Source: Hypanus sabinus (taxonomy: Eukaryota). Taken from it: a DNA stretch of 64,000 bases. The position numbers were made by a program, and so were the translations under genes. Location: the NCBI RefSeq assembly GCF_030144855.1, contig NC_082721.1, forward strand, positions 43,958,001-44,022,000, written 5' to 3'. Positions 37,796 to 51,179 of this stretch are shown one piece after another. The notes below the pieces were generated by a model. It was not told the DNA's origin. It did no database searches and saw nothing but the letters and a program-made list of their open reading frames with translations. The stretch's first letter is position 1; each line of letters begins with the position of its first letter.

Positions 37796-38949
37796 AGCCT
37801 TATATTTAGATATTTTTTATTGATGGAATACCTCCCCTTCTCAAATGGCAGGTGTTTTGTGGATACAACCATTAGTAGACATTTGTCATAATGGCTCATC
37901 TGATGCATGAAAGAGATGACAGTACCTGTTGTGAATAGAGAGTCAAATATTACATCTAAAACTCAGGTGGTTAAATACAATATGGATCGAGAATGACAAG
38001 TACTGCACCTACAGAAATGCATTATTGAACACTAGGTGGAATGTGCCATCACCTCCTTCTTGACTCACTCCCAGCATACAATCCCAATTTTTGTACATTT
38101 TATTTCAAAGAGATTAGGCTTCAATCTGGACAGGGAGCGGGCACTTCTGAGCAGCAAGAGAGTTGCATTGTGCATGATTCCAGGCTTTGGAATTTTTTTC
38201 CTTTGTTTACACACAACACAATATTCAGAATGATCCAAGATGCCACAGGTAGTCAGTGTTGATTCCATATTAAACACATTCACTTTTGTCTCACGTCTGG
38301 AGTTGAGCTAGTTGTCCAGATTTGGACCAAATCTCTCAGGACTACATTTGTATATATACACTAATACATTATCTGTGAGTGCTGGTGACAGCCACTTCCA
38401 TTCATATGCTGATGATAAGTAGTTTCATGGGACAGCATTGATTACATTACATATATCCCTATTTTTGTACCAGTGCATACATGGACATTCTTCCTGATTT
38501 CTGCATTGCAGTTATACAACATGTATTGCAATTCCTGAATGACTTTACATCAGTAACAGGTCTCAACAATGTCTGTAAGGACAGTGTGAAAAGTGCATAG
38601 AAACATCAGCACATGCAATTTCCCAAGTCATTCTGATTCAGGATTATTTCTCATTTCCCTTTTTGCTGAATCAAAGTCTTAGACTTCCTTAACCATAATC
38701 GCTAGCTGGTACTTTAAGACAATTGCAGCATTTTAACAAGACAGCTCTCTACCTGCTCAGTGTTTCCCATTTGGAACGTGCCCATCCTCTATGAATTGAC
38801 AACCAGTCAATACTACTTCAGGTGGAAAACGGTAGGTATCAACAAGGAAGTAAAAAAATACCAGAATTGTCACTGACCATTCACTGCAAAAACAGATGAA
38901 TCAGCGTCAGCATTATCAGACAAAATGTCATCCCTTTTACCAAACCCTT

Positions 38950-39290
38950 GATTGCTCTCAGTTAGCAACACTGGGCAGAATGTCAGTTGTGTATTTGAAA
39001 CCTGCTATTCTCATGTCCGTTATGCAAAGGGATTTCCAAGCTGTAATGAAAAAATAATCAAGGACAGACTGAAGAAATGCAATCTCCACACTAACTCCTG
39101 GGAATGTCTGACCTATGACCAGCCAAAGTAGAGAAGTAGCCTTTGGGATGGCACTGAGAATCTCAAGATCATGCACCAGTAACACACAGAGACCCTGTTT
39201 AAGTAGCAGAAGAAGCAGACCACCCTACAAACTACCCATCCACCCATCCTGCTTCCCACTACCTTTTCCAAATCTGGAAGAATGCATTTC
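38950..39290 (+). mobile_element. RTE LINE 3' fragment
   Basis: aaggacagactgaagaaatgcaatctccacactaactcctgggaa, typical of the RTE C-terminus. Confidence 0.55.
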
Positions 39291-40159
39291 TCACTTTAGC
39301 ATGATTTCTTTGTTTCAGCAGCTTTGGGCAATGTTCACTTCACACTGCACCTTCTGTCTACAACAAAAACAATCTGAACTGGATGGCTGATTGGGTACAG
39401 GTTTGAGCATAACAGTGTCATTCCAGAAGAGGACAGTAGATTTACACACAGTTGCCTTTACTGGGGGCAGATCCATAACTCTAGCAACTGTGGAATGAGA
39501 AACTTTTGAAGTACTGTGACCATTGGTATACAGACTGACTATCAGCTTACACAGCAGATGTCTGATCATCCACAGTAGCACCCTTGCATTCATGGTTTCT
39601 GCACGTGCTTCAATGAAAAATGGAATATAGGCCATCTAATTCTACTTGGTGATCCGTGGTGCTAGAATGGAGCAGTTGAACATTCATCCTGGAATGGATG
39701 TGGTTCAGACACCACAAAATTACGTCTGGAGTAAGAAGTGGATTTTTTAAATATTTTTGTCATCTCACATATGAACACAGTCCTATGTACCAAGCATCTT
39801 ATGTTCCAATCTCAACAACAAACATCCACAAACTGCTCCTTCATAGTCATCTCCTGGTCCCTCATATACAGCCTTGTCCTCTTTGTAACTGGTACTTGGG
39901 TTAGCCTTCACTTCTAGTGTGACTACAGGACATGCAGGTCCAATCTAATATGCATGATACAGAAAGTGAACACTTACATTCTGCTTAGTTTAAGAATCAA
40001 ATCAACAGACCAGATGCTTTGGCCAGACGTGACCTGATCGTCATTTGAAATTAAATGAACAAAGGTTAGAATATGATACCATTGTGAGTCAAGGAGGATG
40101 TTATTTTACATTCCATCTGGTGTTCAACAACACTCTTCTCTGTTATTGAAAACTAGATT

Positions 40160-40960
40160 CAAATTTCAAGGTGTATTTATTTTCAAAGTAAGTCTATGTT
40201 AGCATATACAGTTCAAAGTACTTTTACTTTCAAAGTATGTATGTTATATACATCCTTGAGAGTCACCTCTTTAAGGGCAGCTACAAAACAAAGACTTCCT
40301 TAAAATTCATTTTCTTGCTGGTCTTCACAGGAGAGAAATAAATGTTATAGAAGTAAATGAAAAATTACATTAAGAAAAACAGACAAACAAAAACTGTGCA
40401 AAAGAGGACAAACAGTGCAAATAAAATAATATTGAAAATATTAGTTGTTAAAGAGTCCTTGAAAGTGAGTCTATAGGCCATTGAATCAGCTCAGAGTAGT
40501 GGTGAATGAAGTTATCATTGGCTATTCAAGAAACCATGCTATAGGGTTATAACTCTCTTTGAAACTGGTGGTGTTGGATCTGTATCGCCTGCCTGATGAC
40601 AATCATGAAAAGAAGGCATGGCCTAGATGGTACAAGTCTTCGATGATAAATGCTGGTTTTTATGGCAGCCCGGCAAGTAAATGTACTAAATGGAGGGGGG
40701 ATATTTGCCTGTGATAGACAAGGTTGTATCCACCACTTTCTGGAGTTTTATCCATTCCTATCCATTGGTGATTCCGTACCAGGCCATGATGCAACCAGTT
40801 AGGATGCTCCCTAATATGTGCATATCTAGAAGTTTGTCAGAGATTTTGGTGATGTGCTAAATCTAAGCAAACTTCTAAGAAAGTAAAAGTCCTATCGTGT
40901 CTTCTTTGTAATAACTCCTATGTTGTGATCCCAGCACAGCTCCTCTGATATATTAGAAAG
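40160..40960 (-). mobile_element. Rex1/Babar-like LINE 3' fragment
   Basis: ttcaaatttcaaggtgtatttatt 3' end and gattccgtaccaggccatgatgcaacc, reverse complement of the family C-terminus. Confidence 0.6.
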
Positions 40961-41289
40961 CTACTGACCCACTCTACCTCTGGTTCCCTAATAAGAACTG
41001 GCTCAATGACTTCTGATTACTTCAACATGAAGCTGATAATTAGCTCTTTGGCTTTTTTGATGATGAGGGAGAGGTTGTTGTGGCACCACTCAGGTTTCAA
41101 TTTCTTTCACATGCCACTTTTGTTCTGACTCACAATGCTGATGTCATCTACATCTTAAAAATCAGGGGACAAAATATATGTGTTGATGGTGACTGTGAGT
41201 GATGTCAATATATACTGAATGGGATCTGCCAATAAGGAAATGGTTGGGACAGTTAGATAGGGAGGTACCGAGGCCCAGGTCTTAGAGAT

Positions 41290-44200
41290 TAGTGATGCCT
41301 CCACCTTCCTCCTACTTCACTGTAAACCTTCTCTCTCATCAGACATGGCCAACCATCTCCCTGCCCCCTCTGATCCCAGCTTTCATCTCTGCTGGGTTTT
41401 CACAATTCCCTTCAACCTTCCCTTCTCTGAGGCAGAATGTTCTGTCTTCAGTAAGGGACTCACCTTTGAACCCATGCACCTGCACCTCAGTGGGTTTCAT
41501 GCCCTCCATGATGCTGAGCTCTCCTTCTGTTGCCCCTGTCTCCATGCCTACTTTCTTGACATGGACACTCCAGCCCGCAATGATGACCCCCATCTCCTGT
41601 CTTCAACCCTCCTCCTCTCGTGAACACTCCGCTCTGATCACTAACTGCCAATGGTACATCAATCATCTTGACTTAAGCACTCCACTACCCAATTCTAACA
41701 TCACTATCTCTGAACGCGCTGCTCTCAACTCTCTCCACACTAATCCCAAACTCACCATCAAGCCTGCAGATAAGGGACAGGGGTGCATGCTATAGTTCTC
41801 AGGCAGTCTGACCTCTATCATTCTGAGGTTAGGTGGCAACTCTCAGAACTTCCTCTTACTTACCCTTTGAACAGCACCCCACTACGGAGCACCAGGCCAT
41901 TGTCTCCCACACTATGACTGATCTTATCCACTCTAGGGATCTCCGATCCACTGCCAACAACCTCATTGTTACTTTACCCTGCACCTCCCCTTTCTACCTC
42001 ATACCCCCGATCTATAAATCTGACTGTCAAGGCAGACACATTGTTTCTGCCTGCCCATGCCAGCTGAAATTGTGTCTGCATATCTCAACTCCATTTTATG
42101 CCCCTGTCTCAGTTCCTTCATGCCTACATTGGTAACACTTCACACATTCTTGCTTTTTTGCAATGACTAAGTTCCATGGCCCCGATCATCTCATTTTCAC
42201 TATGGACGTCCAATCCCTATACACCTCCATCCCCCATTGGAAGGGCCTTAGAGCTTCAGCTTCTTTCTAGACAACAGACTCAACCAGTTCACATCTACTA
42301 AACCTCTCCTCCATTTGGCAGAACTGGTCTTCGCCCTCAAGAGTTACTCCCTCAACTTCTGCCACTTCCTTCAAACCAAAAGCGTAGCCATGGGTACTCA
42401 CATGAGTTCAAGCTACACCTGCCTTTCATTGGCTACATAGAACACTCCATGTTCCAAGCCTACACTGACATCATTTTCCAAGGTGCTGCTTTCTGCATCC
42501 AAGCTGAGCTCATCAGTTTCATCAAGATTTCGTCCAGCTTTCACCCTGCCCTCAAATTTACTTGATCCATTTCAAACAGCTGTCTGCCCTTTCTGGACCA
42601 GTCTGAGTCTTTATCTCAGGCAGACTATCTACTGATGTCTTTTATAAATCAATGGCCTCTTACACAGTTCTGAACTACTCCTCTTCCCAACCTGCCAGCT
42701 GTAAAAATGCCATTCCCTTCTCTTAGTTCCTCCTCCTCTGTTGCCTCTACTCTCAGGACGAGGCTTTCATTCCAGAACTATGATATGCTCCTTCTTTAAA
42801 GAAAGAGGTTTCTCTTCCTCTACTGTCAACACTGCCATCATCTCCATCTCTTCCATTTCTTACACATCTGCCCACCGCTACACCAGGTATTGGGTTCCTC
42901 TTAACCTCACTAGATTCCATGTCCAGCACACAGTTCTCTGTGAATTGCATCATATCCAATGTGATCCCACCATCAAGCACATCCTTCCCTTCAGCCCCCC
43001 TCCCAAACATTCCATTTATCACAGGGATTGCTCCCTACATGACTGCCTTGTCTACTCTTTCATTCCCACTGTTCTCCCTCCTGAGACTTACCCTTGCAAG
43101 TGGAGCATGAGCCACAACTGCCCCTACACGTCCTCCTTTACAACTATACAAGGCCCCAAACAATACTTCCCAGTGATGTAACACTTTGCCTGCAAATTGG
43201 TTGGGATCCCCTACTGTATCCGGAGCTCCTGGTATGGCCTCTGGTATGTCAGTAGACTGGGAGACTGTTTCACCAAGCACCTTCACTGAGTTCGCCACAG
43301 AAAGCAGGATCTCCAAATGGTCATCTATTTCAATTCTACTTCCCATTCCCAATCTGACAGGTCAGCTCATATCCTCATCCACTGTCACAATGAAGCAATA
43401 CTCACCTTGGAAGAGCAAAACCTAATATTCCATCTGGATAGCCTCTAATCTGGTAGCATGAACATCAATTTCTCTAAATTCTGGTAATTGCCCCCCTCCA
43501 TGTCTGCACTATTCCCCATTCCTCATTCCCTCTCTCACCTCATTTCCTTACCTGCTCATCACCTACCTCTGGTGCTCCTCATAATTCGTTTTCTTACATG
43601 ATCATTGGTCCTATCCAATCAGAGTCGATTGTTAACTTGTTCCATTTAATATCAGAGAACGTATACAACATAAAATTCCTGCTCTTTGCAGACATCCACA
43701 AAAGAAAAACTGGAAAGAATGAATGACAGGAAAATGTTAGAAACCCAAGACCCCTCCCCATGCACAAACGGCAACAAAAGCATCAACCCTCCTCCCTCCA
43801 CCTTGCCCTACCTACCTCACCAAAAGCATCAGCCCCCCGTCACCCGCCATGCAAGCCATAGCAAAGCCCCCAGTGAGACCGTGATCCAGAGAGCATCACA
43901 AAACCACTGTCCTTCCCAACACATTGATATCCACAGGCTCTCTCCCTGACAATGGTGAGAGAGATTTTCCTCCTAGCACGCTGAGAAGGAAATCAATAGC
44001 CCACTGTTTCAACATTACAATTAGTAGCCCACTTCTCCAGCCTTTCATCTCTTTCACCAATCAACTTCTAGCTGTTTACCACAGCCACCCCCCAGCTTCT
44101 TCAGGTTTCACCTATCACCTTGAAATATTTTACTCCGCTCCCCCACTTTCTTTCTCTGACTTCTCCCCTTTTTTCTCAGTCTGATGAAGGGTCTTCACCC

Positions 44201-44310
44201 AAAACACTGACTCTTTACTCTTTTCCATTGATGCTGACTGAACTGCTGAGTTCCTCCAGCATTTTGTGTGTAATGCTTTGGATTTAGAGCTTCTGCAGAT
44301 TTTCTCATGC
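41290..44310 (+). mobile_element. Penelope-like element (N-terminal domain, RT, GIY-YIG endonuclease, 3' repeat), decayed
   Basis: VFTIPFNLPFSEAECSVFSKGLTF, RT motif FTMDVQSLYTSIP (~42195), VAMGT (~42385), GIY-YIG-like TIQGPKQYF...PYCIRS (~43150-43290). 3' CTGATGAAGGG...CCC motif at 44181-44200. Confidence 0.85.
43625..43990 (-). mobile_element. Rex1-like 3' fragment inserted in the Penelope 3' region
   Basis: ccatttaatatcagagaacgtatacaacataaaattcctgctctttgcagacatccac, a family 3' end on the minus strand. Confidence 0.5.
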
Positions 44311-44619
44311 CCATCAGTAAAAACATCCATGTATGCACTGACACAAAAATGTGGAGACAACTAATATATTCAATATTGTCCCATCAAGAAGAAACTCATT
44401 ACCAGCACAAAAATTGAAGTGGCTGTCACCAACGCTCATGAATAATGTACCAGTGTGCAATATATGTACAAATGCAGTCATGAAAAATTTGGTCGAAATA
44501 TGGACAAATTGCTGAATTCCAGAGGTGAAACGAGAGTGAGTCTTTGATTAGAATACTGCACAGATGCAGTGGACGAAATCCCGCACAAGTCTGGTTAAAA
44601 TCTTTAAAAACCCAGTCTC

Positions 44620-47050
44620 CATAAAAGAGGGCTACCTGCTAATGGTGTGGTTCGAGTCAGTGGTTGGGCTTTGGCTGAAGAGGGCTTAAGCGACAACAGG
44701 CGAAGCAAGGTAAGTAGGTAAATTCATTCCTTATTTCTTACCTAACTGTTGAGAGAATGGGGGTATGTCCACAGGGCCACTGTACTGTTTTGGGTGTCAA
44801 ATGTGGGATTTCGAGGAGATTATCAGCTTCTCCAATGGTCACATCTGCACAAGGTGCACCCAGATGCAGTTCCTTAGACACTGTGCTAAGGAACTGGAGA
44901 TACAGCTCGATGACCTTCAGCTTGATTGCGAAAGTGAAGAAGTGATAGACAGGAGCGACAGGGAGGTACTCATCCCGAGGCTACTGGAGACAGATAAATG
45001 GGTGACAGTCCGGAGGGGAAAAGAAGAATGTCAGATAGTGGAGACCAACTCTGTGGCCATTCGTCTGAACAATCATTACTCCATTTTGAGTACTGGTGGG
45101 GGTTACAACCTAGCAGGGAAAGCAACATCAACTGTGTCTCTGGCACAGTGTCTATGGCTTAGAAGGGTAGGGAACTGAAGAAGATGGCAGCAGTAATAGT
45201 TGACTCTATAATTAGGGGGGCAGTTAGATGATTCAGTGGATGTGAAAAACAAACACAGATGGTAATTTGCTTCTCAGGTACCAGGATGCACGATGTTTTG
45301 AATGTACCCACAATATTCTGTAAAGAAAGGGTAAGCAGCCAGAAGCTGTGGTGCATACCGGTACCACCAACATAGATAGGAAAGGGAAGGAGGTCCTGAA
45401 AACAGAATACAGGGAGTTGGGAAGAAAGCCGAGAAGCAGGACGTCAAAGGTAGTAATCCCAGCATTGCTGCCTATGTCAGGCGACATTAAGGACATGAAG
45501 AGAATGAGGTGGCAGAATAATGCACGGCTGAAGAATTAGGGCAGGGAGCATGGATTGAGATTTCTGGATAATTGGGACCTCCCCTGGGGCAGCTGTGACC
45601 TGTACAAAGGGGATGGGTTGCACTTGAATCTGAGGGAGACCAATAATTTTGTGGGCATGTTTGCTAGAACTGTTGGAAGAGGTTTAAACTAATATGGCAG
45701 AGGGATGGGAACCAGTATGACAGAGCTGAGGATGAGCCAGCAGGTTTACAAGCAGATGATGGAGGTAACATGAATGCAAGGAAGAACAAGCCAGTGACTG
45801 GGTACAAGTGCAGGCAGACCTATGAGTTAAATTGTACCACAGAAGAAAAATACAAAAGGGCAAAGAATGCAGGACTTAACATGCTGTAGCATTCGGAATA
45901 AAGTGGATGAACTTCTGGCGCAATTAGAGATTGGTTGGTATGTTGTTGCGGGCATCACTGTGGGTGAAAGAAGGCCATAGTTGGGAGCTTAAAGGATATA
46001 CTTTGTATTGAAAGAACAGGCAGGATGGCATAGGCACTGGTGTGGCTCTGTTGGTAAGAGATGTATTTATATCTTTAGAAAGAGGTGACATAGGGTGAAA
46101 GAATACCGAATCTTTGTTGGTGGAGTTCAGAAACTGCAAGGTGAATAAAACATTATTATAATCATATACAGGCCTCAAAATAGTAGCCAAGGAGTAGGTT
46201 TGAGATTGAAAAAAGAGCTGGAAAAGGCACAAAATAAGGGGAATGTCACAATTGTTGAGATTGAAAAAGAAGCTGGAAAAGGCACGATATTCAAGCCTCA
46301 AAATAGTAGCCAATGGGTAGGTTTGAGATTGAAAAAAAAGCTGGAAAAGGCACAAAATAAGGGAAATGCCACAATTGTAAAGAAGGTCTTCAATATGCAA
46401 GGGGATTGGGAAAATCAGGTTGGTGTCGGATTACAAAAGAGGGAATTTGTTGAATGTCTACGTCATGAATTTTTAGAGCTTCTTGTGCAGAGCCTACCAG
46501 GAAAAATGCTATCTTATACTGTATTGGGTGTTGTGTGATAACCCAGATCTTATTAGGGAGCTTAACATACGTAAAGCCTTAGAATGTTGTGATCATGATA
46601 TGATTGTGTTCATACTGCAAATTGAGAGGGAGAAGAATTAGTCAGATGCATCAGTATTTCAATGGAATAAAAGGAGTTGCAGTGGCATAAGAGAGGAGCT
46701 TGTGCAGGTGGATTTGAAGAAGATACAGGAGGATACTCCTATGGTGAGTGTATCAAGAACTAGAGGGGACACCCTCAAAATTGAGGGGCAATCCTTTAGA
46801 GCACAGGTAAGGAGGAATTTTTTTGAGCCAGAGTAGTGAATCTGTGGAATGCTCTGCCACAGATTGTGGTGGAAGCCAAATCTGTGGGTATACCTAAAGT
46901 GGAAGGTGATAGTCTCCTGATTGATCAGAGCATCAAAGGATATGGCGAGAAGGCAGGTGTACGGGGTTGAGTGGGATGGGAGATCAGCCATGATTCAATG
47001 GTGGAACAGATTCGGTGGGCTGAATGGCCAAATCTGTTCCTATATCTTAT
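44620..47050 (+). mobile_element. CR1 LINE with 5' end, ORF1 (zinc finger + esterase) and EN, with RT deleted and 3' end retained
   Basis: ORF1 YCFGCQMW...HICTRCTQMQFL (44765-45178), esterase VIVDSIIRG, EN region 45880-46680, then a jump at ~46735 to the CR1 3' end (cctatatcttatgg). Confidence 0.85.
46172..46378 (+). repeat. Internal tandem duplication within CR1 EN (84-bp unit x2 plus a 30-bp partial copy)
   Basis: gcctcaaaatagtagccaa...acaattgt at 46172-46255 and 46295-46378. Partial copy at 46256-46285. Confidence 0.9.
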
Positions 47051-47099
47051 GGAATGTAGTAGTCATCAACATTTTTAAGCCCAAGATCCTTTACCTCAC

Positions 47100-48080
47100 C
47101 TTCAATACAGCCGGCAGTAAAACGCCGCAACCTGTAAGTACAAATAACGTGAAACCGCGTTTCTTTTTGCACCATGGCCAGTATAATACCGACAATATTC
47201 TTGCGGACCGACTGACGGGCAGGTGTGGTGTGGGTGTTAAACGATACTCTATACGTTAACGTAATGATAAGTGATACACGAAGCAAGTTCCTGAAGTCCA
47301 GTCTATTCCGCAATTTAGTTGACGTGGCTCTTAGCTGCTGTCCCGTTTACTCACGGGGGAAAAAAACTCAATGGGTTTGTCTTTAAGTGCGGTGGGGGGG
47401 GGGGTAGTACTCAGGGTACGGAAGCAGATTTGAGGGCTTCTTCGCCTCCCTGAGCTCCAGCCTCCTGCCCGCCCGCCACCTGGGCCAGCTGCGTCTGTTC
47501 CCGTACCGGGGCCGCGGTGGTCGCAGTCCGGAAAGAGAGCGACCGATCAAGTGGGGAGTGCATTCGGACGCGCGGCCGCCCCCCTTTGTAGGATCTATCG
47601 GCCGACAAAAGTTTCTTTAAGTATATCGCAGCGAGGGAGCTTACGCAACCCTGCGCCCAAATGAGGTCTATGAATATTTTAGCACGGGGTTCCCCACGAA
47701 CATTCGTGTGCTAAACATGTTCGGAGGAGAGTCCGTGCTCCGGGCCGGTTACCCGAGGCCGAGCAGTGATCCCTGGCGCGCTTGGGTAATGATCTCGCGT
47801 GTATTTAAGTTCAACAGTGGACGTGACAGGGAATGAGGAAAGGTGCAGCTGACTCATATTATTTCCTTTGGCCCGGTGGTCGCAGACCACTGAAGTACAC
47901 TGTGTAGTGCGGGGCGGGGTAAGGGGTACAAGTATGCACACTGGGCCGAAAGAGCGGAACTAAAACCCCGCAACCCGGAAACAGTCTCAACTGTATTTGT
48001 GTATTTTTTTTCGGAATCTACTTGGAAAGCCTCCAAGATCGACGAGTCGATTGCGATCGAAGCATTGGCGACATCAAAGC
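47100..48080. promoter_or_regulatory. CpG island, probable promoter of an unidentified transcript
   Basis: Dense CpG in non-repeat DNA against a CpG-poor background. GC box GGGGCGGGG 47911-47919, ETS-type CCGGAA at 47528 and 47975. Confidence 0.65.
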
Positions 48081-48949
48081 AGCTTTAACAAAGTGTGGTA
48101 TCTTGGATCGTTCTGAAAATTGTGTTGATTTTAAATGAACAACATCTTTCCAAAGCTTGGTCTCATACACAATGCAACTTTTTTGCTGCTCAGAAGTGCC
48201 CCCTGTGCAAATGGGTGCTTAAGCTCTTTAAATTTAAAAGCTGCAATGGTTAGATTATGTGAAGGTACTGAGTCAAGGAGGGGGTGGGTTCACATTCCAT
48301 CTTGTTTGCAGTAAGGCACTTCCATGGGTACAGGATCTTGCTCAATCTGTCCTACTGTTGAACAATATCTCCTCTTTCTTAGGTGTAAATTTTGGTTCTC
48401 CGTTCACAATTGTGTACTGTCATCTCATGCATCAGCTAAAGCATTGAGACTAATGTCTACCAATGAGTATATCCAGAAAACACTCCCTGTTAATGGGAGA
48501 AGGAATCATATCAATAAGAATTATTTAACTAGAAACGTCGATAATCCACATAAAATATGCTCATGGATCGTGCAGTAAACAGTATTGTATTGGCTGCACT
48601 TTAAAATCATAATAATGTCATTGTTGTATAACACTTTTCTCATGGTCTCAAAATAAACCTCCATGAATTTTAATGATCTTATTAACTATCAATAACTTTA
48701 GATACATCTATTAAACATTACCCTGCTGTTAATACTTTGTTAGCTTTGGAATATTGAACATCTAACTATTACAAGGATCTCTTCCTATTTTACTGTGACC
48801 ATTTCCAGTTCTTCCAACAATTCTACAACCTACTCAGATGGACGTGTTACGTAAGCCATATAAATCTTTCCACGGCATAAATGTTCTCTCATAGGGTATG
48901 AAGGAAACCTAACTGGAAGACAAGACTTTGGAACACTGGGAGATTTAAA

Positions 48950-50340
48950 TGTAATAATCAGAATCAGGTTTCTTATCACCGACATGTGATGTGAAATTTG
49001 TTAACTTAGCAGTAGCAATTCAATACAATACATAATCTAGCAGAGAAAAAAATAAATCAAATAATAATAATAAATAAACAAGTAAATTAATTATGTATAT
49101 TGAATAGAATTTTTAAAATACATGCATACTGTATACTGTTACGTATCCCGTAACTGGATAACTCACCAGCAAAGAGAGAGAGGTCCGTTGGAGTCTGATG
49201 GCACCATTTTCGAATGGTTTTATTCATAAAGGGGGGCACAAAAGTCAGGTTAATACAAACATTCAGAACATATACATCGGCAAAACTCAATCTAAAGCGC
49301 GGATATAGCAATAATCATTATCAAGAAATAATCTCGACTGTTGTCTAGGGGATGATATATTGTCCGTTGGAAATATAAAAGTCACTCAGAAGTCTGCAGA
49401 CTTCAGTCTTTTTGGGGAATTGCTGGGTTTTACGTGTTTCAGAGAGAGTGAGGAGAAACGATAAAACTTGCCCGGGTCTTTGACAAAGCAACACTGTTGA
49501 ATCAGGGGACCGTTGTTTCCCTGTTATTAGTTCGAAGTCTTTCTCGGTATTATCAGCCACCCGCTCCCCAGGCAGAGAAGTTACGTGGCTTTTTGACTGG
49601 CTTCCAGCTATCACGGGAGCGTTGAGCGATCGAGTCCTTCTGGTGCATCTCTCTGGGGTACCGCCTTCTGCAGTCCCCTTTTATCTTGACTTGCAGAGTT
49701 GTAGATGTCCATCAAAGTAGGGTGATGCAATCCCCACCCCCACATTGCCCGAGGGTGTCCATATCCATGGTAGCTGTCACGTAGCAGGGTCATGCCCTTA
49801 GCACAGGTGTCTCAAAGAGCCCTGGCCAGAACCGTTACATTGTCTCTCATTTGCCTGGGTCCGAGACCCGAATTAATAGTGCTCTTGCGATTCTCCGGAA
49901 GGAGGGGGCTGCTCCCGCCCCTTCGGCCCCTCAGAGCTGTGGTACATTCATAACAATATTAACAAAAAAGTGAGATCGTCTCCAAAGATTCAATGTCCAT
50001 TTAAGAATCAGATGGCAGAAGGGAAGGAGCTGTTTCTGAATTGCTGAATGTGTGCCTTTATGCTTCTGTACTTCCTACCCGATGGTAACAGTGAGAAAAG
50101 GACATGCCCTGGGTGTTGGAGGTCCTTAATAATGACGCTGCCGTTCTGAGACACCGCTCAGATGTCCTGGGTACTTTGTAGGCTGGTTCTCAAGATGCAG
50201 CTGACTAGATTTAATCTTCTGCAGCTTCTTTCGGTCCTCTGTCATAGCCCCTCCATACCAGACAGTGATGCAGCCTGTCAGAGTGCTTTCCATGGTACAA
50301 CGATAGAAGTTTTTTTGTATTTGTTGATATGCCAATTGAG
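48950..50340 (-). mobile_element. Rex1/Babar-like LINE 3' fragment split by a solo LTR
   Basis: agaatcaggtttcttatcacc 3' end. Minus ORF 50126-50335 FYRCTMESTLTGCITVWYG. Confidence 0.75.
49137..49955 (-). mobile_element. Solo LTR (819 bp)
   Basis: tgttacg...cataaca, TSD atac/atat, AATAAA on the minus strand near 49220. Confidence 0.8.
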
Positions 50341-51179
50341 AAAGTGTTCGAAAATATCCACAGGTCGGGTGACATTATGAGAAGTGAATGTTTCAGATCA
50401 ATAATCCTTTATCACAAATGGAAAAATAAGAAAACCATTGTGTAAATATAAGTAAAAGCAGAGACACAGGATGCTGACTGAGGCAGTGAGGTCCAGTATA
50501 GCGATGCAGTATTTGGTTTTGCCTGTGACATTGCTGAGTTTGTCAAATGCACCAATTTCATGTCACATCCCAAAGATGTGCAACTGTAAATGACACTTTG
50601 TGTAGTCAGGTGAAAAAAGTGGTGGTGGGGGGAGGTGTTAGTTGTCTGAATGAGAAAATAAGGGAAATGAAGAGAGTGGAAATAGAACCGTAGGGATTCC
50701 TCTGTTGTTAGGAGTCATCATTCTAATGGGCTGAATGGCCTCATTCTCTATTTTAATAAATAACAGGTATATAAAGGGTTTTTTGTTGTAGCGTTTGAAT
50801 ACTGTCTTGTTCATGTAAAGTATTTATGATGATTTTGCTCTTGTATCCATGACTTGTTCAGCAAGGGTTACTGAGAAGGGAATGCATCAGGGTTAGATTT
50901 CTCTGTTTGATGGGAATGACAAGTCTTGGCCATTGAATGGAGGTTATTATGGTGAGTGTGTTTTCTTTCTGATGAGCCCAATGCTGCAGCGCCAGTGATA
51001 TTGCAAATCAAAACTGGGGAGCAGTTTCAACATTCTGAATGAGGGAACACCCAGAAAAGGAAGCCTCTTCCGAACAAGGATGCTGCTTGACTTGGCATCA
51101 GAATTGTGGGTGTTCAAGCTTCCAGCCAGCTGCTAACATTCCACTGAAGATGGTCTGTGTCTCTCCCTCATATTAGGAA

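Noticed and set aside
32790-41290. Remnant second IgL cluster next to duplication copy A
   Set aside because: No V, J, C, octamer-TATA or RSS pattern found by eye. Only faint similarity to 60500-60640, too weak to call.
46172-46378. CRISPR-like repeat-spacer array
   Set aside because: Only two long units inside a CR1 coding region of a eukaryote, with no regular spacers or cas genes.
47411-47608. 65-aa ORF in the CpG island
   Set aside because: Stop-poor GC-rich DNA with no domain similarity I can recognise.
50860-50956. Plus-strand exon candidate ending TATG|GTGAGT
   Set aside because: Weak acceptor, stops in the frames starting from it, and no linked exons.
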